A stretch of 64,000 nt of DNA from positions 21,950,001 through 22,014,000 of the forward strand of contig CM075988.1 of NCBI GenBank assembly GCA_038087875.1, in the 5' to 3' direction. Positions within the stretch are counted from its first letter, which is position 1. Every line of letters begins with the position of its first letter. Below, in pieces: positions 13,801-26,895 of the stretch. The stretch comes from Malacoraja senta. Its lineage: Eukaryota. The position numbers were made by a program, and so were the translations under genes. The notes under the pieces were generated by a model. That model searched no databases. It was given only the letters and a program-made list of their open reading frames with translations, and was not told where the DNA came from.

Positions 13801-14667
13801 ATCTGAAGTATCATTTGTTTGAAAAAAGACCTCCATTTGTTCTTTTAAATATATACTCGCTTGTGGATCTTTTAAAATTTGAGAGTTAAATCTCCAGAAT
13901 GAATTATTCTTAGACAATCATTCCAGTTTTAAAAAGAAAGTTAGTGGAGAATGGTCTGAAATTGAATTTGTATGATATATTGCATTAGATGTTTGGGGGA
14001 TTAATTTTGTATCCAGCAGAAAGTAGTCTATACGTGAGTATGTCTTATGTACCATTGAGTAAAACGAATATTCCCTGCCAGTTGGATTCACAATTCTCCA
14101 AACATCTGCTATATTAGTGTTGTTTATGTAGGTATTGAGGAGTTCCCCAGTTTTCGATTTCATATTCCCTCTCTGTTTTTGACTTGATTTATCTAAGTAC
14201 GGGTCTAAAACACAATTAAAGTCTCCGCCTATTATAACATTTTGATAGTTTGACTCTGCAATTATATTGAAGATTTTATTGAAAAAGTGGGGGTTATCAA
14301 AGTTAGGGGCATATATATTTACCAAAGTAAGTGGAGTGTCATGGATTTCTCCATTAACTATTAGGTATCTCCCTTCTATATCTGTTATAATATTCTTTGC
14401 TTTAAATGGTATACCTTTTCTTATGATAATTGACGTGCCTCTAGATTTTGAAGTGAATGAAGAGTGGTATGTTTGACCTATCCATTTCGCCCTCAGCCTA
14501 ACTTGGTCCTGAGGTTTTAGGTGTGTTTCTTGTAGGAAGGTAATGTCAGAATTATACATTTTTAGCTGAGCTAATATCTTACCCCTTTTGATAGGTTCAT
14601 TAATACCTCTTATATTCCAACTACAAAATGAGACTCCTCCTAGGTTCTTTTGTGTGGTGTCATGCAT
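10876..14667 (-). pseudogene. L1 ORF2 (APE endonuclease + RT + C-terminal Cys motif) with a single in-frame TGA at 13918-13920
   Basis: WNIRG, LQETH, GGDFN, SRIDY, SDHSP (EN); PGPDG, SLDAEKAFD, RQGCSLSP, LYADD (RT); CDKC..H..C; ORFs 13918-14667 and 10876-13917 are contiguous and in one frame. Confidence 0.92.
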
Positions 14668-15472
14668 TTTGAATAATTATAGTACCTTTGAATCTTGTGG
14701 TGCGTCCATATCCCAGGTCTTTAGGTATTGGGGGAGTTTTTGAATTATTAACTTTTGTTGGTATGTCCATATTATTCTTATCACTAAACACAAAACACAA
14801 ACAAGTGATTTTATGTAATAAAAAAAAAACTAAAAAAGTGAGGCTACAGTGTCTATAGTCGGCACTGTAGCAAGTGACCCACCTGTAGGTGGGAAAAAAC
14901 CTTATTTTGACTTCCATTGCGTTGTTGCTCAACTCGCTCCGCTCTCTTAGTTAATCATAACATATTAAAATATTAAAACGAGGCCTCACATTCATATATA
15001 TAATACAATTTTACCCTGATATTTCCTTATAACATATATATATATCAGAGTTTAATTATTAAACCAATATTTTTGATTTCAATAAGAATCAGCTGTTGGT
15101 TGAAGGGGTTAACGAGACGTGCTCCTGGACATAAGCCAGGAGCTCGTTTCTCATCCCCTCCTCCCGCTTATAGACAAGGTTACAATTTATTAAAAATTCA
15201 TATTAGTATGTTAGTTCATTATTTTTTTGTTTTTTTTGTTAGTATTCTAATCTAACCTGCATAACTTTTAAAGTTGTTAATAGGATAAGTTCTTACAATT
15301 GGTTATAACATTTTAATCAATAAGCAATTATTTTCTAATTCATATCCCGTTATAAAGTTGTTTACACGTTTTGAACAGAAAATGTCCTTGCTTCAACATT
15401 CCGGAGATAACAGTGTAACTATCCCCAGACAAAACATAGCTGAGAATTATTCGGATCTGCCAAAGCTCCCTT

Positions 15473-16543
15473 TTATTTCTGTCTTTCAACAATCGTTTGG
15501 GCATATTTGAAAGCGTCTTCAGGCTTAACAAATGACTTTTCAAGACCATTAAAAGAAATACGCATTTTAGCGGGATAAAAAACCCCGAATCTGACCCCTT
15601 CTCTCCCTCTTAAAAGATCTTTAACCTTATCAAATTTGTTTCTTTTTTGCACAATTTCATGTGGGTAGTCCCTGAATATCTTAATAGTGTCTTTGTCCAG
15701 CCGTAATTGTACACCATATTTGATATGGGTCATAACATATTCCAGTTCTGCAGTGTCTCGAAATTTCACTATAATATGTCGTGGATAAGCTTTTCCCGCA
15801 TCAAATCTTTTTCCAAATCTTGGGACACGATGAGCCACTTCGATTTTCGGTTCCTTGGGAAGATTCAACAGTTGTTTCAACAAGCCCATGGCAAATTCAC
15901 GTACCTGTTCCCCTTCTGCCCCCTCTGAAACACCAAGAATCCTCAGATTCTGGCGTCTAGAACGAGCTTCCAGGTCCAGGCATTTGAATGAGACTTTCTC
16001 TAATTGAGTCCCCATTTGTAGTGATGCTTGTTCGTTTTCTCGCCTCATTTGCTCATGTTCTTGCCTCAATTTCGCCATGTCTTCAACCAGTCGTGCCGTA
16101 TTTTTCTCCAATTCCGTGATTGTCTGCATACTTGCAGCTACTGTTTCAAGTACAGCCGTGAACTTATCCGTAGTAATTACATCCATCTTATCCATTTTCT
16201 CTGATAGTCCATCTTTCAACTCATCAATTCGTTTATTCATAGTGTCCAGTAAATCCGTCATATTCTTCTGGTTACCAGCATTTAAATCCTTCATCATCTT
16301 CTGCATTCCTTCCATCATTTTTGCCGAATTTTCCTTCATTTCCTTCTTATCTTCCACCCTATTATCCGAGATCTCATCTTTCAAATTTTTCATTGATTTT
16401 TTCAAGTCATCAAAGTCTTTCTTAGATCTTGTATCCATTTCTGCAGCCACTTCAGAGACTTCAGAGGTAACTTCAGTTTCGAACTGTTTCGACAGTTTAT
16501 TCACAGCTCTCTGAGGGCTCACAGCTGGAGTCAATTTACTCAT
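15473..16543 (-). CDS. L1 ORF1p (coiled coil + RRM + CTD), 356 aa, intact
   Basis: Heptad-rich N-half, DLEARSRRQNLRILGVSEG, IEVAHR, IIVKF, YPAKMRI. Confidence 0.93.
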   Translation of the reverse strand: MSKLTPAVSPQRAVNKLSKQFETEVTSEVSEVAAEMDTRSKKDFDDLKKSMKNLKDEISDNRVEDKKEMKENSAKMMEGMQKMMKDLNAGNQKNMTDLLDTMNKRIDELKDGLSEKMDKMDVITTDKFTAVLETVAASMQTITELEKNTARLVEDMAKLRQEHEQMRRENEQASLQMGTQLEKVSFKCLDLEARSRRQNLRILGVSEGAEGEQVREFAMGLLKQLLNLPKEPKIEVAHRVPRFGKRFDAGKAYPRHIIVKFRDTAELEYVMTHIKYGVQLRLDKDTIKIFRDYPHEIVQKRNKFDKVKDLLRGREGVRFGVFYPAKMRISFNGLEKSFVKPEDAFKYAQTIVERQK

Positions 16544-16735
16544 TTAAAGGGCTTCAAACCACCGTTTAAAACATCGCGTTTAACGATGACGTCATCAGCG
16601 CGGTAACCAGAAGCTCCGGTAAGGTTTTTAAAAACAATCCCGATTTTCGGACCCGTTTTACACGATAAATCGTGAAGTTTTTCGGGAGAGGAGCTGGGTG
16701 CACGTCTGTTAGTCTAACATGACGCCACCGGAAGT

Positions 16736-18820
16736 ATAGATTGATAGATAGATAAATTAATATGTAAATTGGAAAAAAGAAAAAAGGAAAGAAGGGAAAG
16801 GAAGAAGGAAAAAGAAAAGAAAGAATTTCGAAAAAGATACGAAAAAGAAAAAAGAAAAACCCCTGAACTAACGAAGAAGTGAAAAAAAGCGGGATATATC
16901 CCACTACCCTTCCCTTCGCCCGCTCACCCGACCCTAGCGTTGGTTTTGAATTTGTGTTCAACCATTATGTTGTTGAAGATATTCAATGAAAGGAGACCAT
17001 ATTTTGGAAAATTGATCTAATTTGTCAGACAAAACAAGCCTTATTTTTTCTAAATGTAGTGTCTCGGTCATTTCTGTGATCCACATCTTCACTGTGGGGA
17101 CTGTTATCCTTTTCCAGAATTTAAGTATAAGTTTTTTCGCAGTTATTAAACCATAGTCAAGGAAGCGTCTTTGGAATATCGTTAACTTAGAGCAGCCCTC
17201 TGACATCCCCAATATTATTAATTTTGAATCTGGCTACAATTGAATTTTGAGTGTTTTAGAAATGGTATTGAATATTCCAGTCCAGAAGTTTTGTATTTTT
17301 ATACAGGTACAAAAGAATGGATTAGGGTAGCTTCTTGGAAGTGACATTTATCACAGAGAGGGGAGACAGTTGGGATGATCTTGTTCAATTTGGTCTTTGA
17401 GTAGTATAACCTATGCAATACTTAGAATTGTATCAGGCAATGCCTGGCATTTAAAGAACAGTAGTGTATGTATAGTAGGCTTTCCTCCCAAATATCTTTC
17501 GAAATGGGTAAACCCAGCTCGTCCTCCCATGCTCGCCTATAAATCTCAGAAGGTGGGGTGTCAATATTTAGAAGAGTGTTATAAATGTAAGATCAACTTA
17601 CTTGTATCGACATGTCTATTCAAACAATCGTCTAATATATCTGTACCCATAAGAGGACAGTCTTGTGTATATGTTTTCACATAATCTCGATTTGAAGGTA
17701 TCTAAACAAATTGTTGGCGTTCAAGTGATATTTCTCCTGGAGTTCTTGAAAAGAAGAGAGAGTCCCCTTCTTATAAAGGTCTCCCACAGTATTAATTCCC
17801 AGGTTCTTCCATTGAACACCATATCTAAAAGCAGACGGTTTAAACAAGGGATTGTTTGCAATAGGAAGAAGGAGAGACATGTTATTCAATTTTTTTATTA
17901 AAAAAAAATTTTTTTTTATAAGCAATGCACAGTAGTATAAACCAAGAATAACATAATACATTTCATGTACAACTTCTTGTTTTAAAATTTAATAGAAAAG
18001 TAGCAGAAGCAAGAAAAAGAAAGAGATAGTAAGAAAATAAAAAGAAAATAGAAAATAAAAGGGATATACCTGCTTCGTATCTTTGCACACACTTCACCCG
18101 GTTCTGAAACAGTTAGTTTCCAGGGTTATGTTGCACCATATGCTTGTATTAAATCGATAAAGGGAGACCAGATCTTTAAGAATTGGTCTGATTTGCCTGC
18201 TAGGACGAATCTCATATTAGATTAGATTAGATTAGACTTTATTAATCCCCTTAGTCAGGGGAAATTCAGATGTCCTTGCAGCACACTAATAAAAATCCAA
18301 CATAGTATTCAAAAAGAAGTTCAACACAAAAACACAAAAACATCCCCCCCACAGTGGTTCCCACTGTGGGGTAAGGCACATATCTTCGAGGTGTAACATT
18401 CCAGACATGTTTGAAATCCACATTTTAAGCGTAGGTGTGGGTGCATTTTTCCAGAATTTCCGTATGAGTTTTTTTGCCGTTATTAAGCCATAGTTAAGGA
18501 AACTCTTTTGGAACGAAGTCAGCTCAAAGCCGACTTCCAGTTTCTCAATTTAATACACTGAATTTCAGCTGTTTCCAGATACGGATAGTACTATGTATTA
18601 TCAGATTTTGCTCATACGTTGACTTATTCAAATGTATTGGAGATAGGAGGATCAAGCCAATACTAAAAGGCAAACAATCTTCCCTCTCCATTTTTAACCA
18701 ATTTACATGTTGACATGTATCGTCCAACCAGAAAGTTAAATATTAGTTGCCCAGTAGTAAAAAAGAAAATTAGGTACAGCTAATCCTCCATTTTCTTTGG
18801 ATTTGCACAAATGTATTTTT
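16736..18820 (-). mobile_element. Cluster of older 5'-truncated L1 fragments with a nested LINE tail at ~18215-18380
   Basis: Degenerate ORF2 C-terminal motifs, 3'UTRs, poly(T) on plus near 17890-17920; (TAGAT)n tail at ~18216-18236. Confidence 0.8.
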
Positions 18821-21101
18821 CAAATGCCGGCAGTCCGTTCGTATTTTCTTTCCTTTTGTTATTTTTTAGTGTGTTAAAAGTTTGTTTTAATGTTCCTCGG
18901 TTTGTTTTATGTGGGGGGAGGGGGGAGGGGATCGGGGGAAACTTTTTTTCAAGCTCTTACCTTCCCAGAGATGTGATAAATGTTCGGATCACATTCTCCG
19001 GGCTCTGCGGCCTACCATCGATGGAGCTGGAAGCCTCCTCGGACTGTCGTGAGCCCCACCGTGGGGCGCGGACGAAACATCAGAGCTGATCCCTTGCCTG
19101 GGATCGCTCCCACCGCGGAATCACCAACAAGGGCTCGCAGTCTGAGGTGAGGCTAGTCGAGAGCTCCAACGTCGTGGAAGGCTCGACTAGCCCCGACACG
19201 AGGTTCGATCGCCCAGTGCGGGGGGGGGGGGTTGACATCCCCCCGATGCTGGAGCTTGATAGCCTCGACGCGGAGGGCCCGAACGCCGCCGGCTATGGGA
19301 GTCAAGATCATCCCGTCAACGGGGACTCGAGGCGCACGACCGAGGAAGAACAAAGGGAGAGACTTGAACTTTATTTCGCCTTCCACCACAGTGAGGAATG
19401 TGTAGGAGTCACTGTGGTGGATGCTCATGTTAAAATGTGTTTTTTGAGTGATCTGTTGCTTTTAATTGTATGACTGACCTGGCCAATGAAATTCCTCGTG
19501 TTGCAAAACATACTTGGCGAATAAAGTGTGATTCTGATTCTGATTCTGAATATGTCAAAGTTTTCCTGAAGGATGGAACATCGACCAAGAATGTTGTAAT
19601 TAAACGAGTGCTTCGTTGAACGGACTTCTGAGGTAAATTCTCAGATTTTCAAGTTAAAGTTTGACCACTCAATAATGTCTCTATGTTAAAATCGTGTCTT
19701 TTTTTTCCATCAACAGCAGAGACATCGAGACGCAGTGAGCAGAACGCAACAAGAGACGCAACAAGAAAGAACTGAACTGAATAAATCTCATATTTAACGT
19801 TTAAATTGTTGTTGTATTTTAAGTTATTCACATTTTAAGCTTTAATAAATCCCTTTTCCACTTGCCATGCCCGTCAGCTGCGCCTGCGCAGTAATACCTG
19901 TGTTTGCTACGTCACAATGGGAACCCAATGGGCGGGAATGGCTGCGCCGCCGGCGAGCCGCTAAGAGTGGATGAGGGGAGGACGGGGGGATCAGGGGCGT
20001 CACAACAGGAATCCGTCAGCCGCGCCTGCGCAGTTGGGGGCTATGGGTGAGTGGTGGAATATTGCATTGTAAATCTCTGCATTCTTTCAGGCATTTTTTT
20101 TCAATAAAAGTTCTTTGGTAATAAGGAACAGTCTGGAAAGATCAGAACCGTCCCCAGTCTATGCCTGACTATTCCATCAAATGGAACTTTACTGCGTTTC
20201 AAGGGAATTTGTTCGGTTTTCATTCCGCCTGGAACCACCAGAGTTTCTGAATCAGTAATGAGAGCAGAGATCTGTTGCCTCTCCTCCCTCAGGGTTTGTT
20301 GCAGACTGCGGCAACAACATTTTGCACATCTTGAGAGCAGTGTTCACATTCCAGCACTTTAGATTTCAAAATTGTTATTAATCTATTATTGTTATTATTG
20401 CACTATTACAGTTTGTTTTGTATGTGTACGCATGTGTGCACGCGTGTGTATAAATATATATGATCTGTAAATATGTGAGTATGTGTATATACACACACAC
20501 ACTGAACTTTTTTCTCTCCTTAATTATATTGTTAATATGTTTACATATTCTCTTGTGCTGCCGCAAGTAAGTTTCATTGTTCTATCTGGGACATATGACA
20601 ATAAAACACTCTTGACACTCGAATTTCCAATGAGTGCAGTGGACAGTCACTGACTTTTGCTGACATCAGCTCATCGTCACAAATTGTCCACATCACCTGG
20701 TTCACAAAGAAATTGGCAACCATGATAGGGGTGGAAGATTGAAATCTTCATGTGGTCCAACCTGTTTCGACGAATGCCATCAACTGTACGTGCACAAACA
20801 AAATATCAAACAGAAAAAGTTGTCTTACAACTTTAGGCTGTGCACGCCCTACACAAGACGAAGTAGGCAACCAGGAAACAAAAGGGCGAGGAAAAAAAGC
20901 AGAAGAACCGAACCTTCAGCAAAACCAAGAATTACCATCAGCAGTTGGAATTGATATTCAAAATTCAAATTTGATATTTGATTTCCATATTTGTGGGAGG
21001 TGCAACCTAGATTCCCTTTAAATTAAACAGGATTCTCAGAACTAAAGCCACTACCAATACATCACGTCTTCTTGCTACCAGAGAGCTCCCAGCACAGAGA
21101 A

Positions 21102-21171
21102 ATGGCTTTAATTCTATCTGCACTCATCCTGGGCTTATTTCTTCAATGTGCACCAACCTATTCCCAGTCAA
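21102..21171 (+). CDS. Exon 1 of predicted GPI-anchored mucin-like gene: signal peptide MALILSALILGLFLQCAPTYSQS
   Basis: ATG in good context (gaaATGG), hydrophobic core followed by small polar residues, then consensus donor A|GTAAGT at 21172 (phase 1). Confidence 0.8.
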
Positions 21172-23193
21172 GTAAGTCAATGTTCAATCTCATCACGGGC
21201 GCAACCTGTTCTTTTATACAGCCTTTAGCTTTAAGCTTACAGAATTGCTTTAAAATTATTTTAGTCAGCAGGGTTTCCATTTAAGATCGTGAAATGTTGT
21301 TGGGAGTGTTTTGGGTATGGTTGCAAATCCACGTTGTTTTTGCATGAAGCTTTATTAATGTTTGGAAACTGAGGCGCAACAGGTTTGGCAACACAACTTG
21401 TACATATGTGGATGGGTATATGGAGATCCCTCTCGGTTCTCTCTCCCCTGACTCTCACTCTGAAGAAGGGTCTCGAGCCGAACTGTCACTTGGCCATGTT
21501 CTCCAGGGATGCCGCCTGACCTTCTGAGTTACTCCAGCACTTTGTGTCCTTTTGTGAAAACCTGCACCTGCAGTTCCTTGTTTCTACATCCTTTCTCTTT
21601 CTAAAGAGTTGTCTTAGATTGTTGAAACACTTGGCATGATGGAGCACCTCAGTCCTGGCGACAACGAACGATCCAATCCCATCCTGTGATTTACTCCAGC
21701 ATTGTGTGTCTATCTTTGGGCAGAGACACTTCTGCCATGAGCTAGAAGTGTCTATTCCTTCAAGTGGCATTCCTTCAGGTTGGAGAGGAACTTGGAATGG
21801 GAACGGAATTTAATTTAGTTTAGTTTATGGTCACGTGTTTATAACCATTACATATTCTTTATCTACCTTGACTCAGATTTACCCAGGGAAGTTTCCCAAT
21901 GCTCGGTCTCGGTTTTTGGCAAAGTTTTAAATGTTTCCCTTTGATTATGTTCCCTTTAAAGATTTTTTTTAACTGTTGGGGAACTACAGTTGAACATTGG
22001 GGAACTACTTTCAAACATATGACGGGAGACGAGAAATGGCTGATGTTTAAAGAATTCATATATCAGTTCCTAGAAATATATATTTCCCGATAGGGGGCCA
22101 TTATCAACAAGTGTTCATTGCTGGGTGTTGAGGGAATTAGAGGACATAGGGCTAGTGGAGGAAAGTGGTATTGGGAAAGGAATTACAGTGGGTTCAAGGG
22201 AAAAGCACAAAGTGCGGGAGTAATTCAATGGGTCTGAAAGCATCCGAAGAGGGAATGGCCAGCCAACGTTTCATAGAAACATACAAAATAGGTGCAGGAG
22301 TAGGTCATTCGGCCCGTTGAGCCAGCACTGCCATTCAATATGATCATGGCTGATCATCCAAACCCAGTTCCTCCTTTCCTGCTTTCTCCCCATATCCCTT
22401 ATGTCCGTTAGCCCCAAGAGCTACGTAAATCTAACTCTCTCTTGAATACAGGTCAGGTCGGGACCCTTCTTCCAGACTGATTGTAGGAGGTGGGAGAAGG
22501 CTTGGAAAAGATAGGTGGGGGCGGGAGAAAGCCTGGCAAACGATAGGGAAATACAGGTATGGGTGGGGTCGATTAGCAGCTGGGTGGAATTCATGACAAA
22601 CGCTGGTGGTGAAAATGGAGACAAAAGAGTGATCAAGTGTTGGCTGTGTTGGGGATTACATGGGCAATAAAGATAGAATAGTGACAGTGTATGGGGTGTT
22701 TGCTGGTCGGCGCAGACCCGGTGGGCCGAGGGGCCTGTTTCTGCACTGTATCTCGAAAGTCTGAAGTTTAAAGGCTGGTGAAGTCAGACAGTATTTGGTG
22801 AATGTCTAGGCTATAATAGAATCACAGTCCTCTGAATAATCAAATCCCTATGGCCCACCCTGGTACGCACTCATCCCACCCCACCTTCCCCATCCACCTA
22901 CATCCCTCCGCAGGCTTCACATTTCCCTCTTCCCTCCTAATCTCACAACCGTTTGCCACATTTTCATCTCCGGTATAGATACAAAGGTATAGGAGCTTGA
23001 AAACTGTAACATCCAGGTTCTGCAGCAGTTTTATCCCAACAACCATCAGACTAACTATCTATCTTCTATCTTCTATCTATCTATCTATATATCTATATCA
23101 ATATCTATCTATAATTACTAAAAGTCTTGTCTTGTTTGGACGTCTGTCTGTCTGCGTGCATGCGTGTGAGTGAGCTCAAGGGATAAGTATGTG

Positions 23194-24392
23194 ATTAGTG
23201 TGTGTGGGGGGGGTTAGTGTGTGTGGGGGTTAGTGTGTGTGGGGGTTAGTGTGTGTGGGGGTTAGTGTGTGGGGGGGGTTAGTGTGTGTGGGGTTAGTGT
23301 GTGGGGGGTTAGTGTGTGTGGGGTTAGTGTGTGTGGGGTTAGTGTGTGTGTGGGGGTAGTGTGTGTGGGGGGGTAGTGTGTGTGGGGGGGTAGTGTGTGT
23401 GGGGGGGTAGTGTGTGTGGGGGGTTAGTGTGTGGGGGGTTAGTGTGTGTGGGGTTAGTGTGTGTGGGGGGTTAGTGTGGGGGGTTAGTGTGTGTGTGGGG
23501 GTAGTGTGTGTGGGGGGGTAGTGTGTGTGGGGTTAGTGTGTGTGGGGGGTTAGTGTGGGGGGGTAGTGTGTGTGGGGTTAGTGTGTGTGGGGGGTTAGTG
23601 TGGGGGGGGTAGTGTGTGTGGGGGGTTAGTGTGTGTGGGGGGGTAGTGTGTGTGGGGGGGTAGTGTGTGTGGGGGGGTAGTGTGTGTGGGGGGTTAGTGT
23701 GTGTGGGGTTAGTGTGTGTGGGGGGTTAGTGTGGGGGGGTAGTGTGTGTGGGGTTAGTGTGTGTGGGGGGGTAGTGTGGGGGGGGGGTAGTCTGTGTGTG
23801 GGGGGTTAGTGTGGGGGTGGTAGTGTGTGTGGGGTTAGTCTGTGTGGGGGGGTAGTTTGTGGCGGGTTAGTGTGTGTGTGGGGGGGGGGTTAGTGTGTGG
23901 GGTTAGTGTGTGTGTGTGTGGGGGGGGGTAGTGTGTGTGTGTGTGTGGGGGGGGTAGTGTGTGTGTTGGGGGGGGTAGTGTGTGTGGGGGGGTTAGTGTG
24001 TGTGGGGGGGTTAGTGTGTGTGGGGGGGGGTTAGTGTGTGTGGGGGGGGGGTAGTGTGTGTGGGGGGGGGTAGTGTGTGTGTTGGGGGGTTAGTGTGTGT
24101 GTGTGTGTGTGGGGGGGGTAGTGTGTGTGGGGGGGTAGTGTGTGTGGGGGGGTTAGTGTGTGTGTGTGTGTGTGTTTGTGGGGAGGGGGTAGTGTGTGTG
24201 GGGGGGGGGGTAGTGTGTGTGTTGGGGGGTTAGTGTGTGTGTGTGTGTGTGTGTGGGGGGGAGGGGGGTAGTGTGTGTGTTGGGGGGTTAGTGTGTGTGT
24301 GTGTGTGTGGGGGGGAGGGGGGTAGTGTGTGTGGGGGGGTTAGTGTGTGTGTGTGTGGGGGGGGGGGGGTAGTGTGTGTGGGGGGGTTAGTG
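23194..24392 (+). repeat. G/T-rich minisatellite (GTGTGTG(G)nT(T)A)n
   Basis: ~1.2 kb of variable units with G-runs of 4-10 nt. Confidence 0.95.
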
Positions 24393-24742
24393 TCCAGATA
24401 CGACCTTGGTAAGGCCATCAAAAAGGCCAAAAGGGACTTCTGCTCCAAGCTGGAGGATGAGACGGATGTTCGGCAACTGTGGCGGGGCTTGAATGCAATC
24501 ACCTCTTACAAGGTGAAATCAGCAAGCAGCTCAAACAACAGCGAAGCATCACTCCCTGACGAGTCAATGCGTTTTACGCACGCTTTGATAGGGAGAACAC
24601 TGATGTGTCTTCCCAAGCCCCCATTCGCCGTGATGGTATTTCTGTCACAGTCACAGAGGCCGACGTCAGAAGATCCTTCAGGGGGGTGAACCCTCGGAAA
24701 GCGCCTGGACCTGATGGTATACCCGGTCGTGTTCTAAAAAGG
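24393..24742 (+). mobile_element. Rex1/Babar-like LINE ORF2 internal fragment
   Basis: YDLGKAIKKAKRDF..KLE and [25 protein letters not shown]. Confidence 0.75.
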
Positions 24743-24908
<166 letters not shown>

Positions 24909-25879
24909 ATATGTAATATCGGCCAAAACGGTATAGGTAGCGCTAAATTTTTTGCAGAACCCTACTCAGCTTTTTCCCTTCGTTGATCTAATCAACTTCC
25001 TTCAGATTTGATGTTATATTTCACAGGTTATTGACATTTAAAGGTTTAAAAAAAGCCAACTTTGAGAATGATAACTAACTGTGAGAGGGAGACATTTCTG
25101 GCAGCTTCCAGTGATATCACAATGGCATCTCACAGTCATCCAATCACAATGGGATCTCATTTACACAAGCTGTCGTGAACATTCCGACAACCGAAAATGA
25201 CATCACAATGTGATCTCTGCTGCCAAGTCACAAGCTATGAGAGTGTTTTTACATTGTTGTAAGGAGAGGGACGTAGTGGGGGAGATTTAAAAGTTTAAAA
25301 GTGACTTTAAAAGTTGGATTTCTTCAAATCTGCACTGGCAGTTAGGCAGTTATGATGTCACAATGCCCTACCGGCTACAATGTTGCTATCCCAGAACACT
25401 GAGTCCTTCACAGCAAATGTCCTTCAGGGGAAGAATCTGCCAGTCTAACCCAGCACAGCAAAGTTTAATAATTAGATTTGGATAACAAAAGATGGCCTTG
25501 TCGGTGGCACCTACATCACATTAAATCTTAGTGCAATTGCATTTTTTTAAAAGTTTAAAATGAGGTAGAATGCAAAAATCAGCCGACCTGCACAGTTGGG
25601 GACTATGGGTAAGTGGTGGAATACTACATTGGGGGAATGGGTTGCATTGGAGGAACGGGTGAGTGGTGGAATCTTATGAAGGGGAATGGGTTGCGTTGGG
25701 GGACCAGGCCTCCCGTGGGGGCTATGGGTGAGTGGTGGAATCTTAATTTTGTGGAACGAGTTGTGTTGGGGACCAGGCCTCCCATGGGGGCAATGGGTCA
25801 GTGGTCGAATGTTGCGTTGGGCTAATGGGTTACGTTGGGGGAATGGGCGAGTGGTGGAAACGGGTTGCGTTGGGGTAAC

Positions 25880-26895
25880 GGGTGAGTGGTGGATTATTGC
25901 ATTGGGGAACGGGGCCCAACGGGTCCCACTTGGTCTCGTATATATTACTAATACTCTCATCTTGTTTCTATATTTGTTTGATTGTTTGTTTGTGTGCCAG
26001 TATGTACCTATATTTATGCAAAAATGGTACATAATAGCGCTACAATTTTGGCCCACCTTACACACCATTGTCCTCCAATGTCAATGAAACATTTTTTGCT
26101 TCAGATTGATGTTATATTTTACGTTATTTACGTTTAAAACTTAAAAAATTAAAATAGCGCCCCCACTTGCCGTCTTTACTTGACTGGCATCACAAAGGAC
26201 ACCCAACAGGTCCTCAGCCCCGCCTGCGCAGTTGGAGGCTTCCCCATTTTCAGATCACCATATTTTTTCTTCGCGTCTACTTGCCTGCCCTCACAACATG
26301 GACCCAACAGCTCCACGGGTAAGTTTCCTATTTTACCAACGCTTCCACTGGTCCTTTCTGCCCCCCTGGCCCTGGGCTGGGGACGGAGCTGGTGCGGGGT
26401 CCGGGGGCAGGGAGAGGCCATGCCGGGGACCCAGGACCTGGGTGCTGCCGCTAGGAAACTTACCCATGGAGCCGTTGGGTCCATGTTGTGAGGGCAGGCA
26501 ACTAGACGCGAGGAAAAAAGATGGCGATCTGAAAATGGGGAAGCCTCCAACTGCGCAGGCGCGGCTGAGGACCCGTTGGGTGCCCTTTGTGACGCCAGTC
26601 AAGTAAAGATGGCAAGTGGGGACGCTGTTTTAATTTTTTAAGTTTTAAACGTAAATAACTTGTAAAATATAATATCAATCTGAAGGAAACTAGTTGCATT
26701 TACATCGGAGGACAATGTTTAGTAAGGTGGGCCAAAACTTGTAGCACAATCGTGTACCGTTTTTGCGCAAATATAGGTACAATCCGGCACACAATCAAAC
26801 AAATATAGAAACAAGATGAGAGTTTTAATAATATACTAGACCAAGGGGACCCGTTGGACCCCGTTCCTCCAACACAATATTCCACCACTCACCCT
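25880..26895. repeat. Large imperfect inverted repeat formed by opposed Helitron-like copies
   Basis: Arm ~25880-26330 is the reverse complement of ~26452-26895, with a 121-bp spacer; mirrored ORFs 26232-26606(+) and 26176-26550(-). Confidence 0.9.

Larger units (their letters stand above)
10454..16735 (-). mobile_element. Full-length L1 LINE
   Basis: 5' end ACTTCCGG near 16735, ORF1, ~800-bp spacer, ORF2 (EN+RT+Cys-rich), 3'UTR, AATAAA (plus-strand TTTATT at 10481-10490) and poly(A) at 10454-10476. Confidence 0.95.

Noticed and set aside
16077..16514. 145-aa plus-strand ORF (also 8544-8981)
   Set aside because: Antisense shadow of the L1 ORF1 coiled coil with no independent support.
21017..21022. 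TTTAAA as TATA box of the mucin-like gene
   Set aside because: Position is plausible (~80 nt before ATG), but the motif is weak and common in AT-rich DNA, and no TSS data are available.
23194..24392. Interstitial telomere
   Set aside because: No tandem (TTAGGG)n; TTAG is followed by TGTG, so this is a distinct minisatellite.
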